From positions 1 to 58,824 of the forward strand of contig JBDGZZ010000005.1 in the NCBI GenBank assembly GCA_039588335.1: 58,824 nucleotides of DNA, given 5' to 3'. The stretch's first letter is position 1. Each line of letters begins with the position of its first letter. The translations under genes and the position numbers were made by a program. The notes under the pieces were generated by a model, which searched no databases, was not told where the DNA came from, and saw nothing but the letters and a program-made list of their open reading frames with translations. Below, one piece after another: positions 44,188 through 54,054 of this stretch. This stretch comes from Gemmatimonadota bacterium (GTDB taxonomy: Bacteria > Gemmatimonadota > Gemmatimonadetes > Gemmatimonadales > GWC2-71-9).

Positions 44188-46545
44188 TCAGCGGCCCGCC
44201 CGCGCCCCAGGCAACTTCATCCCTTCGAGTAACCTTTGAAACCGCGGGTCGTCGTTTATGAACTCGAACGACGGTGTGACACCGATGTACGGCAGGTTCG
44301 GCTCGTGGCCGTCGAAGCCCTTCTCGAGCCAAGAGAGCGTTGCGTCGGAGTCTCCTGCATAGGCGTACAGGGTGGCAACCATCATGGGGGGGACGAATGC
44401 TGCTTCCGACATTGCGGCAAGACGATCGCCCGCCGCTCGCATCGCCTTCGCATAGCCTAACTCCTCATAATCACTGCGCAAAGCCTCCGCGAACTCCTCG
44501 ATGCCCTCCGCGGCGTACATGGACGACATGTTGGCTATAACCTCGGCGTAGTCGCCCGCCCTGTGGTAGATGTCGGCCAGCACAGTGTGCGCTACCGGGT
44601 GATTGGGCACCGTGCGCAACACCTTCTCAAACTCTGCGACTGCCTTGGAAGTCTGACCCGTGTTCTCGTAGATGACCCCCCGGAACGCCTGGAACTTTAC
44701 GTTGAACGGGTCAGAGACGAGTGCGCTATCAATCTGCAGTTCCGCCTCCTCAAAACGCCTCAGTACCAGAAGCGCGTGCGAATAGTCGGCGCGTGCGTCA
44801 CCGTAGCCCGGGTTCAGTTCGATCGCGCGGCGCAGGCCACGTTCCGCCACCTCAAAATCCCACCCACTCCATCCCTGAGCGGTGGCCAGGGCATGATGAC
44901 CCTCGGGAAGCAGGCTATCCAACGCAAGTGCCTGTTGGGCAGCGGCCACAGCCGTCGGTGTAGCCTCCGATGGTGCTACGTATCCCATTTGTTGACTTGC
45001 GACCCACGCCCATGATAGGCCGGCATAGGCAGGTGCGTAGTTCGAGTCCCTTTTCAGCGCCAGATTGAAATAGTCGATCGCTCTTTCGAGATCGACCTGC
45101 GTCAGCTTGCCGGAGTAGAAACGTCCCTGCAGGTACGCCTCATGCGCTTCGGGATTCACCGCCCGCTCGCTCGCCAAGTGTGATTCAGCCGCCGGCGTCA
45201 GTGCAACACGTATCTCACCGGCTATCGCCCGGGTGACTTGGCGATAGAGCGTAACGATGTTGCTTGCATCGGCATCATACGAGTGCGACCACAGTGACTC
45301 CTCAGTGCGACCGTCGATCAAGCGGACTCCAATGCCAACGCTGTCACCAACCCAGAACACCGACGGTTCTATCAACGCATCCACGCCAAGCTCGTCAGCG
45401 ATTTCACGCACCGTCTTGTCGGTACCTTGATACCGCATCATCGACTGCGCGCTACCGATTACGGTCACTCCCGCCTGGCCGAGTTCCGTGAGCAGCGCGT
45501 TGTACATACCGTGCACGATCGGTTCTTGATCCGCGGTGTTTGCGAGATCGATCGGAGGCAGCACGGCGATCCGTTCGATAACCTGATCACCCCGCATGAA
45601 AACCGACCACGAACCTCCCAATGCAAAGAGCAGCACCACAGCAGCTATTGCCACCACCCACGGCCTGCTGCCAACTCTGGCTCGCGCGCCTGGTGCTGTC
45701 GGCTGTTCTGCACTCGTCCGGATCAGAGCTTCCGCAAGCTCGTGCGCAGTGGCATACCGATCCGCCGGCACCTTCGCCAGCGCCTTGGCAATCGCCCGAT
45801 CCATTCCCAGCGGCACCGTCGACCGCACCGTTGAAACAGGAGACACCGGATCCACCGCGTGCCGCGCCAGAATCGCCTGTGCACTCGGACCGGTGAAGGG
45901 TGGCTCGCCCACTATCATGTGGTAGAACACACATCCCAAGGCGTACACGTCACTACGTCCGTCTATCCTCACAGCCCCGGTTGCCTGCTCGGGACTCATG
46001 TACGCCGGCGTACCCACGACCAATCCCGTTTCGGTCAGCCTGTCGCCGCCCGCCACCGTCACTGCCTTGGCGATCCCGAAGTCTGCGACGACCGCATGTC
46101 CGCCCGAGATCAGGATGTTCTCCGGCTTGATATCCCGATGCACTACCTGCAGGCCGTTCGCGTATGCCAACGCGTCCGCTACTTCGCTTGTTATCTGCAG
46201 TGCATCCTCAATGGGAAGCTGCCCTTCGCGATCCAACCGGTCGCGCAATGACTCCCCTTCGATGTACGGCATCGCGTAGAAGAGCAGACCATCCGCATCT
46301 CCCGAATCGAGCAACGGTAGGATATTGGGGTGGTTGAGTTTGGCTGCTATCTCGATCTCACGCAGGAACCGTTCGTGCCCAACCGTGGCTGCGAGTTCGG
46401 GATCCAGCACCTTGAGCGCGACGTCGCGGCTGTGACGCCGGTCGCGCGCCAGATAGACCGTCGCCATCCCGCCGCGACCGATCTCTCGCTCGATGATGTA
46501 ACGGTCGGCAAGAGCTGCCGACAGACGGTCCACAGGTGAGTTCAA
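44188..46545 (-). CDS. Hanks-type Ser/Thr kinase with TM, TolB-N-like domain and TPR region
   Basis: GRGGMATV, HRDIKPEN, DFG and GTPAYMSPE motifs, then IAVLP and a terminal DDPRF. Likely TTG start at 46545 with GGAG RBS. Confidence 0.93.
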   Translation of the reverse strand: MNSPVDRLSAALADRYIIEREIGRGGMATVYLARDRRHSRDVALKVLDPELAATVGHERFLREIEIAAKLNHPNILPLLDSGDADGLLFYAMPYIEGESLRDRLDREGQLPIEDALQITSEVADALAYANGLQVVHRDIKPENILISGGHAVVADFGIAKAVTVAGGDRLTETGLVVGTPAYMSPEQATGAVRIDGRSDVYALGCVFYHMIVGEPPFTGPSAQAILARHAVDPVSPVSTVRSTVPLGMDRAIAKALAKVPADRYATAHELAEALIRTSAEQPTAPGARARVGSRPWVVAIAAVVLLFALGGSWSVFMRGDQVIERIAVLPPIDLANTADQEPIVHGMYNALLTELGQAGVTVIGSAQSMMRYQGTDKTVREIADELGVDALIEPSVFWVGDSVGIGVRLIDGRTEESLWSHSYDADASNIVTLYRQVTRAIAGEIRVALTPAAESHLASERAVNPEAHEAYLQGRFYSGKLTQVDLERAIDYFNLALKRDSNYAPAYAGLSWAWVASQQMGYVAPSEATPTAVAAAQQALALDSLLPEGHHALATAQGWSGWDFEVAERGLRRAIELNPGYGDARADYSHALLVLRRFEEAELQIDSALVSDPFNVKFQAFRGVIYENTGQTSKAVAEFEKVLRTVPNHPVAHTVLADIYHRAGDYAEVIANMSSMYAAEGIEEFAEALRSDYEELGYAKAMRAAGDRLAAMSEAAFVPPMMVATLYAYAGDSDATLSWLEKGFDGHEPNLPYIGVTPSFEFINDDPRFQRLLEGMKLPGARAGR

Positions 46546-46682
46546 ATGAGGTCTCCAGTGATTCGTAAGACTACAACTATACGGCGGAACTCGTGCAAGA
46601 GCGAGGACTGTCCGGTGGAACTTGCATAATGAGACTCGCTCGTTGCACGTTTCGCTGACCACTCGAGCCAGGTGATTCTCCC

Positions 46683-47846
46683 ATGCTGCGATCCTATCTA
46701 ACGGTAGCGCTAACGCTCCTCACCTCGATCATACCTAACTTAAGCGTGGCCCAAACCGTCCGCGCTCGAGACCTGGGAATTCCGTTTGACGGCAAGCCGG
46801 GTCCGCTCAATGCCATCACCGACGTCGCAGGCATCGAGGTCGGTCACGTAACGCTGATTGAGGGGGCAGGACCCTTGGTGGTAGGCGAGGGGCCCATTCG
46901 CACGGGGGTGACTGCTATTCTTCCTCGTGGCAAGGTGTTCGCCCCGGTGTTCGCAGGCTGGTACTCGTTGAACGGAAACGGGGAGATGACAGGCACCACA
47001 TGGGTAGAGGAATCTGGATTTCTCGAAGGTCCCGTCATGATCACGAACACTCACAGCGTAGGCGTAGTGCGCGACGCCGTGATCGAATGGATGCGGGATC
47101 GTAACGTCTACGACGAGCTGGGCGGTGGCGCGTGGTGGGCGTTGCCGGTAGTCGCCGAGACCTACGACGGGGGCCTGAACGACATCAACGGGTTCCACGT
47201 GGGAAGTGAGCATGCGATCGCCGCGTTGGACAACGCCACCTCAGGCCCCGTGGCAGAGGGAAACGTGGGTGGGGGCACCGGCATGATATGCAACAGCTTC
47301 AAAGGCGGGATTGGGACATCGTCGCGACAGGTGGGATCACACACGGTAGGTGCCCTCGTGCAATGCAACTACGGTGGCCGGAGCGGACTCAAGATCGCCG
47401 GCGTTCCTGTTGGAGCAGAACTCACCGACCTCATGCCGGAATTCAGTGACCACGGGCCGGATGGAGAGTTGGGATCAATCATTGTGGTCGTCGCCACCGA
47501 TGCTCCACTCCTTCCGCATCAGCTGAAGCGACTGGCACGACGAGTACCCATGGGCATCGGTCGAATGGGCGGAATCGCCAGCAACGGTTCGGGAGACATA
47601 TTCATCGCATTCTCGACCGATAACGAAGGCGCTTGGGATCGCCGGAACTCGACCACAGCAGAGATGCTGCCCAACGACCGCATGAGTGGCCTCTTTGCAG
47701 CTACTATCGAGGCAACTGAGGAGGCGATCGTAAATGCAATGGTAGCCGCCCAGACAATGGAGGGCATCAACGGTAACAAGGTGTATGCGATCCCACACGA
47801 AAGACTACGACAGATTCTGGAACGCTACGGACGGCTCAATAGATAG
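46683..47846 (+). CDS. P1/S58 peptidase (DmpA/BapA-like aminopeptidase), exported
   Basis: NAITDVAG, RTGVTAI and EGNVGGGTG motifs, autoprocessing site G-SIIVVVATDAP, and GSGDI. N-terminal signal peptide. Confidence 0.93.
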   Translation: MLRSYLTVALTLLTSIIPNLSVAQTVRARDLGIPFDGKPGPLNAITDVAGIEVGHVTLIEGAGPLVVGEGPIRTGVTAILPRGKVFAPVFAGWYSLNGNGEMTGTTWVEESGFLEGPVMITNTHSVGVVRDAVIEWMRDRNVYDELGGGAWWALPVVAETYDGGLNDINGFHVGSEHAIAALDNATSGPVAEGNVGGGTGMICNSFKGGIGTSSRQVGSHTVGALVQCNYGGRSGLKIAGVPVGAELTDLMPEFSDHGPDGELGSIIVVVATDAPLLPHQLKRLARRVPMGIGRMGGIASNGSGDIFIAFSTDNEGAWDRRNSTTAEMLPNDRMSGLFAATIEATEEAIVNAMVAAQTMEGINGNKVYAIPHERLRQILERYGRLNR

Positions 47847-47957
47847 GGAGGTGGAGCAAGGCAAGATCACACCTTGCACACCGACCGATCTCTTTACATG
47901 CTAAGGGTGGGGATTCGTGGGTGGTAATGGGATGTGGTACGTACGGGGAGCCCATCG

Positions 47958-48941
47958 ATGCCAGCCAACCTCACACCGGCATACAAGGAAGCCGAGGCCC
48001 GGTTTCGCACCGCCGTAACCCGGGAGGAGAAGATAGCCGGCCTGGAAGAGATGCTCCGGGTCATCCCCAAACACAAGGGGACCGACAAGCTCCAGGCCGA
48101 TCTGCGCTCCCGACTCTCGAAGCTCCGGCGCGAGCCGAAAAAGAAAGGCCCGACCCGAGGGCACAGTCACAAGATCCCGCATGAGGGAGCCGGTCAGGTG
48201 GTTCTGGTAGGTCCCCCGAACGCAGGAAAATCCAGCCTCGTGGCATCGCTGACCCATGCCAAGCCCGATGTCGCCGAATATCCCCTCACCACCCGGGAAC
48301 CCATTCCAGGGATGATGCCCTACAAAGACGTGGCCTTTCAGCTCGTGGATATGCCCGCTCTGTATGAAGAGCACGTGGAACCCTGGGTATACGATTTGGT
48401 ACGAGCCGGAGATCTGACATGGCTAGTTGTTTCCATCGACCGGCCCCTCGCCAGCTTGGACATGGTCATGGACCTGCTGAGTGCAAAGGCGGTCGGCCTG
48501 TATCCCGCGGGGACGGGTGCTCCCAGCAAGCCTCGGCCGGGTTGGATCCACAGAGCTGCTCTACTGGTTGTCACGGGAATGGACCGAGACGGTGCGGATG
48601 GGGACCTGGAAGCGCTGCGGGAACTGCTGGACACTCCGTGGCCCACGGTCCCCGTGTCGACCGTGACCGGTGCCGGGTTGGATGAGTTGGGCAAGCGGAC
48701 CTTCGAAGCTCTGGACATCATCCGGATTTACACAAAGGAGCCCCGGAAGGAAGCAGACATGGGTCGGCCGTTCACTCTGACCAGAGGTTCCACCGTCGGA
48801 GATCTGGCCCGAACCATCCACAAAGACATAGCCGACGGATTGAAGTTTGCGCGTGTCTGGGGACCCAGCGCATTCGACGGACAGTCAGTCAAGGAAGCCC
48901 ACGTCCTGGAAGAAGGCGACGTGGTGGAGATCCACTGGTAA
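47958..48941 (+). CDS. DRG/OBG-like GTPase with C-terminal TGS domain
   Basis: MPANLTP start, IPKHKGT, G1 GPPNAGKS, G2 YPLTT, and a TGS domain (IYTKEP..IHKD..ARVWG..GDVVEIH). Confidence 0.9.
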   Translation: MPANLTPAYKEAEARFRTAVTREEKIAGLEEMLRVIPKHKGTDKLQADLRSRLSKLRREPKKKGPTRGHSHKIPHEGAGQVVLVGPPNAGKSSLVASLTHAKPDVAEYPLTTREPIPGMMPYKDVAFQLVDMPALYEEHVEPWVYDLVRAGDLTWLVVSIDRPLASLDMVMDLLSAKAVGLYPAGTGAPSKPRPGWIHRAALLVVTGMDRDGADGDLEALRELLDTPWPTVPVSTVTGAGLDELGKRTFEALDIIRIYTKEPRKEADMGRPFTLTRGSTVGDLARTIHKDIADGLKFARVWGPSAFDGQSVKEAHVLEEGDVVEIHW

Positions 48942-48976
48942 GGCCCCCAGGGCGCCAGCCCGACGGTCCGGACGAC

Positions 48977-49363
48977 TTGCCTCTTACGGATGGTCCTCTT
49001 CGTTGGGTTCTCCTGGCGTGCGGCTTTGTCTTCGTGGGACTTGCGGCGATCGGCGCTGTCCTTCCGGTTCTACCAACGACGCCCTTGCTCATCGTTGCCG
49101 CTGCCTGCTTCGCACGTTCCTCACCACGTTTCTACCGGTGGCTGCTCTCCACCCGTGCTTTCGGCCCCATGATACGGGAGTGGCGGGCGACGCGCAGCAT
49201 CCCGCTCCGCGCCAAACTGTGGGCAGTTACGCTCATCGTGCTAACCGGTGGCACGTCACTCGTGTTCTTCGTGGACCCGCCTTGGGCGAAGCTCGTGATG
49301 GGCGCCACATTGGTGGCTGTGATCGTGTGGATCCTGCGACGGCCAACGGTGCGGCGGCACTAA
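48977..49363 (+). CDS. ybaN: YbaN / DUF454 inner-membrane protein
   Basis: LPVLPTTP..AAACFARSSPRF..WL...FGP.I..W motif. Confidence 0.9.
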   Translation: MPLTDGPLRWVLLACGFVFVGLAAIGAVLPVLPTTPLLIVAAACFARSSPRFYRWLLSTRAFGPMIREWRATRSIPLRAKLWAVTLIVLTGGTSLVFFVDPPWAKLVMGATLVAVIVWILRRPTVRRH

Positions 49364-49365
49364 GC

Positions 49366-49974
49366 TCATACTCGTACCCACCATTTCTTGGCGGCGTCTC
49401 CACTCTCTACTCGCTCGATACCGAGGTCTTGCAGATCGACGCGCAGTACGTTCACCAGCTTCTCGGCCTGTTGTCGCGTGACATTGCCGTGAATCGCGAC
49501 TACGGTGCCCTTGTCACCTTGGACCATGACCTTGGCATCACTCAGGTCGCTCGAGAACTCGCGCAGTTGCCCCTCCAGATTCTTCGCGAATTCGAGACGT
49601 TCCTGACGTGACGCAGGCTTTTCTTTTCTCTTGCGAATTCGCTCCTCGGCCTGCCTTCCCTGACGCCGCACTGTAACTGCGGTGGCCATTGTGAACGGGA
49701 GACCGGCGGCAAAGCCGAACGCAAGGAACAACCAAGGTGATCCGACTGAACCGCCCGGCACGGGGTTCCTGGTGGCGGAGTAGTACGCCCAAACCACGAT
49801 AGTAGCGATCGCTGTCCCGACTGCCAGGAAATACAAGGCCATCCCCCACCACTTCAGCCGAACGATGAATCTGCGACCACGCCTGCTACGCAGCAGCGAC
49901 GATACACCGAAGCTGCCTACGATTCCCCCCGCAAAGGTGAGTATTAGCAGTCCGATTAGTGCAGACCCGTCCAT
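49366..49974 (-). CDS. Hypothetical membrane protein (3 TM + soluble alpha/beta domain)
   Basis: 202 aa ORF filling the gap, with three hydrophobic helices and a charged C-terminal domain. Confidence 0.7.
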   Translation of the reverse strand: MDGSALIGLLILTFAGGIVGSFGVSSLLRSRRGRRFIVRLKWWGMALYFLAVGTAIATIVVWAYYSATRNPVPGGSVGSPWLFLAFGFAAGLPFTMATAVTVRRQGRQAEERIRKRKEKPASRQERLEFAKNLEGQLREFSSDLSDAKVMVQGDKGTVVAIHGNVTRQQAEKLVNVLRVDLQDLGIERVESGDAAKKWWVRV

Positions 49975-50024
49975 CGTAACCGTCAGTTGTGGTTTGCCCC
50001 GGTAGTACTACCCCGTGCCTCTTC

Positions 50025-52838
50025 CTACCGACCCCGTTCCCCCTCTCGATCGATCACGATCGGGTCACCCAACCCAAGCGACCGCAATCGTGCTCGCTGC
50101 GTCCTCGCGTCACCCACCACAAGCCACACCAAGTTCGACGTGTCGAGGTACTGATCCGCCAACTCCTGAATGCTCTCAATCGTCATGTTCTGCACGATAG
50201 TCTCGCGCTGCAACACGTAGTCTGCCGGGAATCCATATGCACTCATGTCGGCCAGCATACCGAGCTTTGCACCCAACGTCTCGAATGCGCGTGCGTTGTT
50301 CTTGATCAAGAAACCCTTCGTGGCCTCGAGATCTTCCTCGTCGAACTCGGGCCCGTGGCGCTCTACTATGTCTTTGATGAGTTCCAATGCCTCGAGTGTA
50401 ATGTTCGAACGAACGCCAGAGGAGATCGAAAAGGGTCCGGGGAATTCCGTGCCGGCGAACCGGGATCCGATCCCGTACGTGTATCCCTTGCCTTCCCGCA
50501 GCACCTGTGTGAGATCGGACGCGAATCCGCCACCGCCCAGGCGGAAGTTCATGATCGTTGCAGGATAGAAATCGGAATCAGATTCCGCCAATGCCAAGTT
50601 GCCGATCATCAAGCGCGACTGTGCCGCATTGGGCACGTCGAGGAAGTAGATACCGGCCCGATCGGGGTTCCACGTGGGTGGGTCCGGAAACGTGACTTCA
50701 CCCCCTTGCCAGCGCTCCGCAATGCCGGCAAGTGACCGGGTGACTTCATCGAGACTGACTGCTCCCGCTGCGTGGAACGCCGCAACACTGGGGACTAGCG
50801 CGTGCTCGTAATAGGCCTGGAGATTTGCAATCGTGATCTCATCAATGACATCGACATCACCAAGCGCGTTCTGCGCCAGGATGTGATCCCCATAGACCAA
50901 CTTCTGGAACACGTCGCCCGCCAGGGCATTGGGACTGGCTGACCTTTGGCGCAGGCTGTTGCGCACGCGTTGCCGGGCCAGTTCGAACCGCTCCTCGTCC
51001 CAACGCGGTTCCATCAAGATCTCCTCGACCAGGGCCATCGTAGCGTCGTAGTTACGAGCCAACGTGCTGCCTCGGATTACGAACGTTTGGGAGCCGCCGC
51101 TCACATTGATGCTAGCGCCAAGGAGGTCGATCGCCTGCTCGAGCTCGTCGGGCGTCTTGGTTGCAGTCCCTTCAGTCATTGTCTGCGCGAGGAGGTTGGC
51201 GACACCCGGCTTGGCAGGATCCTCGAGCAGATGCCCACCACGCAAGCGTATCTCGAATTGGACGAGGGGGATCTCGCGGTCCTCGATCACCAACACCCTG
51301 AGACCGTTGGTCAGATCACTGCTCTCCACAGCCGGAGCTGTGACCGTGGGTGGCTCTCCGAACGGTGGCTCAATCGATCGGTCGAGCGATCCAATAGCCG
51401 GGGTTCTTTCTGTACCACGCTGCACTACGAACTCGGCCTCCGCGCCCTGCACAATGGGTTCGATCACGACCTCGGCCTCTTCGGACCCATCCAGGGCAAG
51501 TTCGCTCATGCCGCGCGGTACGAAGCTCGTCGCCACGTATGGTCGATCCTTGATGTACGTCTCGTAGACACGCATTACGTCTTCGAGGGTTACGGCGAGC
51601 GAGCGTTCCAAATCTTCCTCCGCATATCCTGGCGTAGGCGCAAAGATGTTGTATTGCGCCAGGCGAAAGGCCTTGCCGAGCACACTCGAGAGACCCCCGT
51701 AGAACTGCGTCTCGTATTGCGCCTTGACGCGCTCCAGCTCCGATGTGGGGATACCCTCTTCAAATCGCGCGAACGCCTTGTCAACGCCGGCAAGTGCGGA
51801 ATCGAGATCGATTCCTGCATATGTCCGGACGCGAAGCGAAAAGTCGCCGGCTAGCTCCATGTTACTGCTAAAGGCGACGGCCGACGGCGCCAGCTCTTCC
51901 TCTTCCACGATGACCTTGTAGAACGGCGTTTGCTTGCCGTCCGTCAGCAAATCCGCCAAGATGCCCAGCGCATAAGAATCTTCGTGGTAGATAGGGACGG
52001 TAGGCCAGACCATGCGCAGTTCGGGTAGCCTGGCAAAGTTGTCCTCGTGGTACAGTCGCACGGAGGAGGTAAGGTTGACGGGGCCTGGCTTGTCAGTCTC
52101 CGGCATGGAACGCGCGGGAATATCACCGAAGTACTTATCGATCCATTCTTTCGTTTGCGCAACGTCGATGTCCCCTGCAACCACCAACGTGGCGTTATTC
52201 GGGCCGTACCACCGATGGTGGAACTCCTGCACGTCAGAAAGCGCCGCCGCGTCGAGGTCTGCCAGCGAGCCGATGACCTGCCAGTTGTAAGGGTGTGATT
52301 CGGGATACAAAGCCTTGTCGATAACGTACCCCGTGTGTCCATACGGATTGTTGTCGACGCCTTGTCGCTTTTCGTTCTTGACGACCTGTTTCTCCTTGGC
52401 AACCACGGATTCGGTCACCGTGTTGATGAAGAAGCCGAGTTTGTCGGATTCGGCCCAGAGCGCCTTTTCCAGTGCGTCGCTGGGCACGACCTCGAAGTAG
52501 TTGGTCCGGTCGTTACTCGTGGATCCGTTCGTTGAGCTTCCAACACGGGTCATGAGCCGGTCCAGTCCTCCGGGGCCGAGGTTCTCAGAATCCAGGAAGA
52601 AGAGGTGCTCGAACAGGTGCGCAAACCCCGTACGGCCTTCCACCTCCCGCGCCGATCCCACGTGAAAGGTCATCGCGACCGCAGCTACCGGATCTGACCT
52701 ATCTACGTGCAGCAAGACGTCCATACCGTTGTCGAGTTCGTACTTCTCATAGTTGATACCGAGACCACTGTCACCTGGGGCACAGGCAGCCGTCAGGAAT
52801 AGTGATGGTAGAATGATTGATCGGATCGCCCACTTCAT
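50025..52838 (-). CDS. M16 zinc metallopeptidase (pitrilysin/insulinase family), lipoprotein
   Basis: Inverted zinc motif HLFEH, NGST, LREGKGYTY and a lipobox (LTAAC). Start at 52838 (GGAG upstream) or 52868. Confidence 0.94.
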   Translation of the reverse strand: MKWAIRSIILPSLFLTAACAPGDSGLGINYEKYELDNGMDVLLHVDRSDPVAAVAMTFHVGSAREVEGRTGFAHLFEHLFFLDSENLGPGGLDRLMTRVGSSTNGSTSNDRTNYFEVVPSDALEKALWAESDKLGFFINTVTESVVAKEKQVVKNEKRQGVDNNPYGHTGYVIDKALYPESHPYNWQVIGSLADLDAAALSDVQEFHHRWYGPNNATLVVAGDIDVAQTKEWIDKYFGDIPARSMPETDKPGPVNLTSSVRLYHEDNFARLPELRMVWPTVPIYHEDSYALGILADLLTDGKQTPFYKVIVEEEELAPSAVAFSSNMELAGDFSLRVRTYAGIDLDSALAGVDKAFARFEEGIPTSELERVKAQYETQFYGGLSSVLGKAFRLAQYNIFAPTPGYAEEDLERSLAVTLEDVMRVYETYIKDRPYVATSFVPRGMSELALDGSEEAEVVIEPIVQGAEAEFVVQRGTERTPAIGSLDRSIEPPFGEPPTVTAPAVESSDLTNGLRVLVIEDREIPLVQFEIRLRGGHLLEDPAKPGVANLLAQTMTEGTATKTPDELEQAIDLLGASINVSGGSQTFVIRGSTLARNYDATMALVEEILMEPRWDEERFELARQRVRNSLRQRSASPNALAGDVFQKLVYGDHILAQNALGDVDVIDEITIANLQAYYEHALVPSVAAFHAAGAVSLDEVTRSLAGIAERWQGGEVTFPDPPTWNPDRAGIYFLDVPNAAQSRLMIGNLALAESDSDFYPATIMNFRLGGGGFASDLTQVLREGKGYTYGIGSRFAGTEFPGPFSISSGVRSNITLEALELIKDIVERHGPEFDEEDLEATKGFLIKNNARAFETLGAKLGMLADMSAYGFPADYVLQRETIVQNMTIESIQELADQYLDTSNLVWLVVGDARTQRARLRSLGLGDPIVIDREGERGR

Positions 52839-53061
52839 GATAAGCTCCGCGAATACGGTATGCCGCATCCCCTTGCCGGACCACGGCGTGATGGAGTAGT
52901 CATCGAATCATGATGGGTTAGAGAGGCTCCTGCAAGGACGGCCCAGGAGAAGAGCTGAAACAGGCGGGTTACCGCGGAATCACCACCACTCACCCACCAT
53001 GGCATGCCCCGATTGTCGTTATCTGGCACGTGGCTTAGCTTACGGCCCCCAGGAGAAGAGC

Positions 53062-53898
53062 ATGCTGAGAATCATTCTGTTTCTAGCGACAAACGTGGCT
53101 GTGTTGTTTATGGCAGCCATCGCCATGGCGGTGTTGACCGCTCTTGGCGTGATCCCCCAGAACGCCCCGTACGTTCAGCTGCTGGTCTGGTGTGGGCTGT
53201 TCGGGTTCGGCGGCTCGTTCTTTTCCCTGGCGATTTCCAAATGGGTAGCGAAGCGCTCGACCGGAGCCAGGGTCATCGCTGATCCTCGCAATGATGTCGA
53301 GGTTTGGCTCATTGCAACCGTCCGGCGACAGACGGAAAAGGCCGGAATTGGCATGCCTGAGGTTGCAGTATTCGACTCGCCGGACCCAAACGCCTTTGCG
53401 ACGGGCATGTTCCGCAACAGCGCTCTGGTCGCAGTGAGCACTGGTCTCCTGAGACTGATGAACAAGCAGGAAGCCGAGGCGGTGCTGGGCCACGAGGTCT
53501 CCCACATAGTCAATGGAGACATGGTCACACTCACCCTGATTCAGGGTGTACTCAACACGTTCGTGCTCTTCATTGCGCGGATCATCGCCAGCCAGTTCGA
53601 CCGCGGCCGCTTCATGATCTACATCGCTTTACAGATAGCGTTCGGCGTATTGGCGAGCATCATAGTGGCCTGGTTCTCGCGCCGCCGTGAGTTTCGTGCG
53701 GACGCAGGGGGTGCGCAGCTCGAGAGTGCGACGGCAATGGCGTCCGCGCTGGGCAGACTGCAGGCCGTCCAAGAGGCACCCTCCCGTTTGCCCGACAGCC
53801 TCACCGCATTCGGTATCAGGGGCAAAGGTTTGCTCAAACTGATGAGCACGCATCCTCCACTGGAGCAACGGATCGCTCGATTGCAGGGACGCGGCTAG
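53062..53898 (+). CDS. htpX: Protease HtpX (M48)
   Basis: PNAFATG, HEVSH..NGDMVT, FSRRREFRAD and STHPPLEQRI motifs, with AGGAG RBS. Confidence 0.95.
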   Translation: MLRIILFLATNVAVLFMAAIAMAVLTALGVIPQNAPYVQLLVWCGLFGFGGSFFSLAISKWVAKRSTGARVIADPRNDVEVWLIATVRRQTEKAGIGMPEVAVFDSPDPNAFATGMFRNSALVAVSTGLLRLMNKQEAEAVLGHEVSHIVNGDMVTLTLIQGVLNTFVLFIARIIASQFDRGRFMIYIALQIAFGVLASIIVAWFSRRREFRADAGGAQLESATAMASALGRLQAVQEAPSRLPDSLTAFGIRGKGLLKLMSTHPPLEQRIARLQGRG

Positions 53899-54054
53899 AT
53901 ACCAAGCCGCGGGACGGGGCGGGAGTTCGGGTGCTAGCGGAAGCAGTCCGTGCGAGGTAGTCTAGCTCGTGCAGGCACCACCGCACGGGTTCCCAGTGAC
54001 AACCCGAGTAGAGTCGCTGCCTCTCAGACTACCACCTGAATCGAGGGTACTCCG

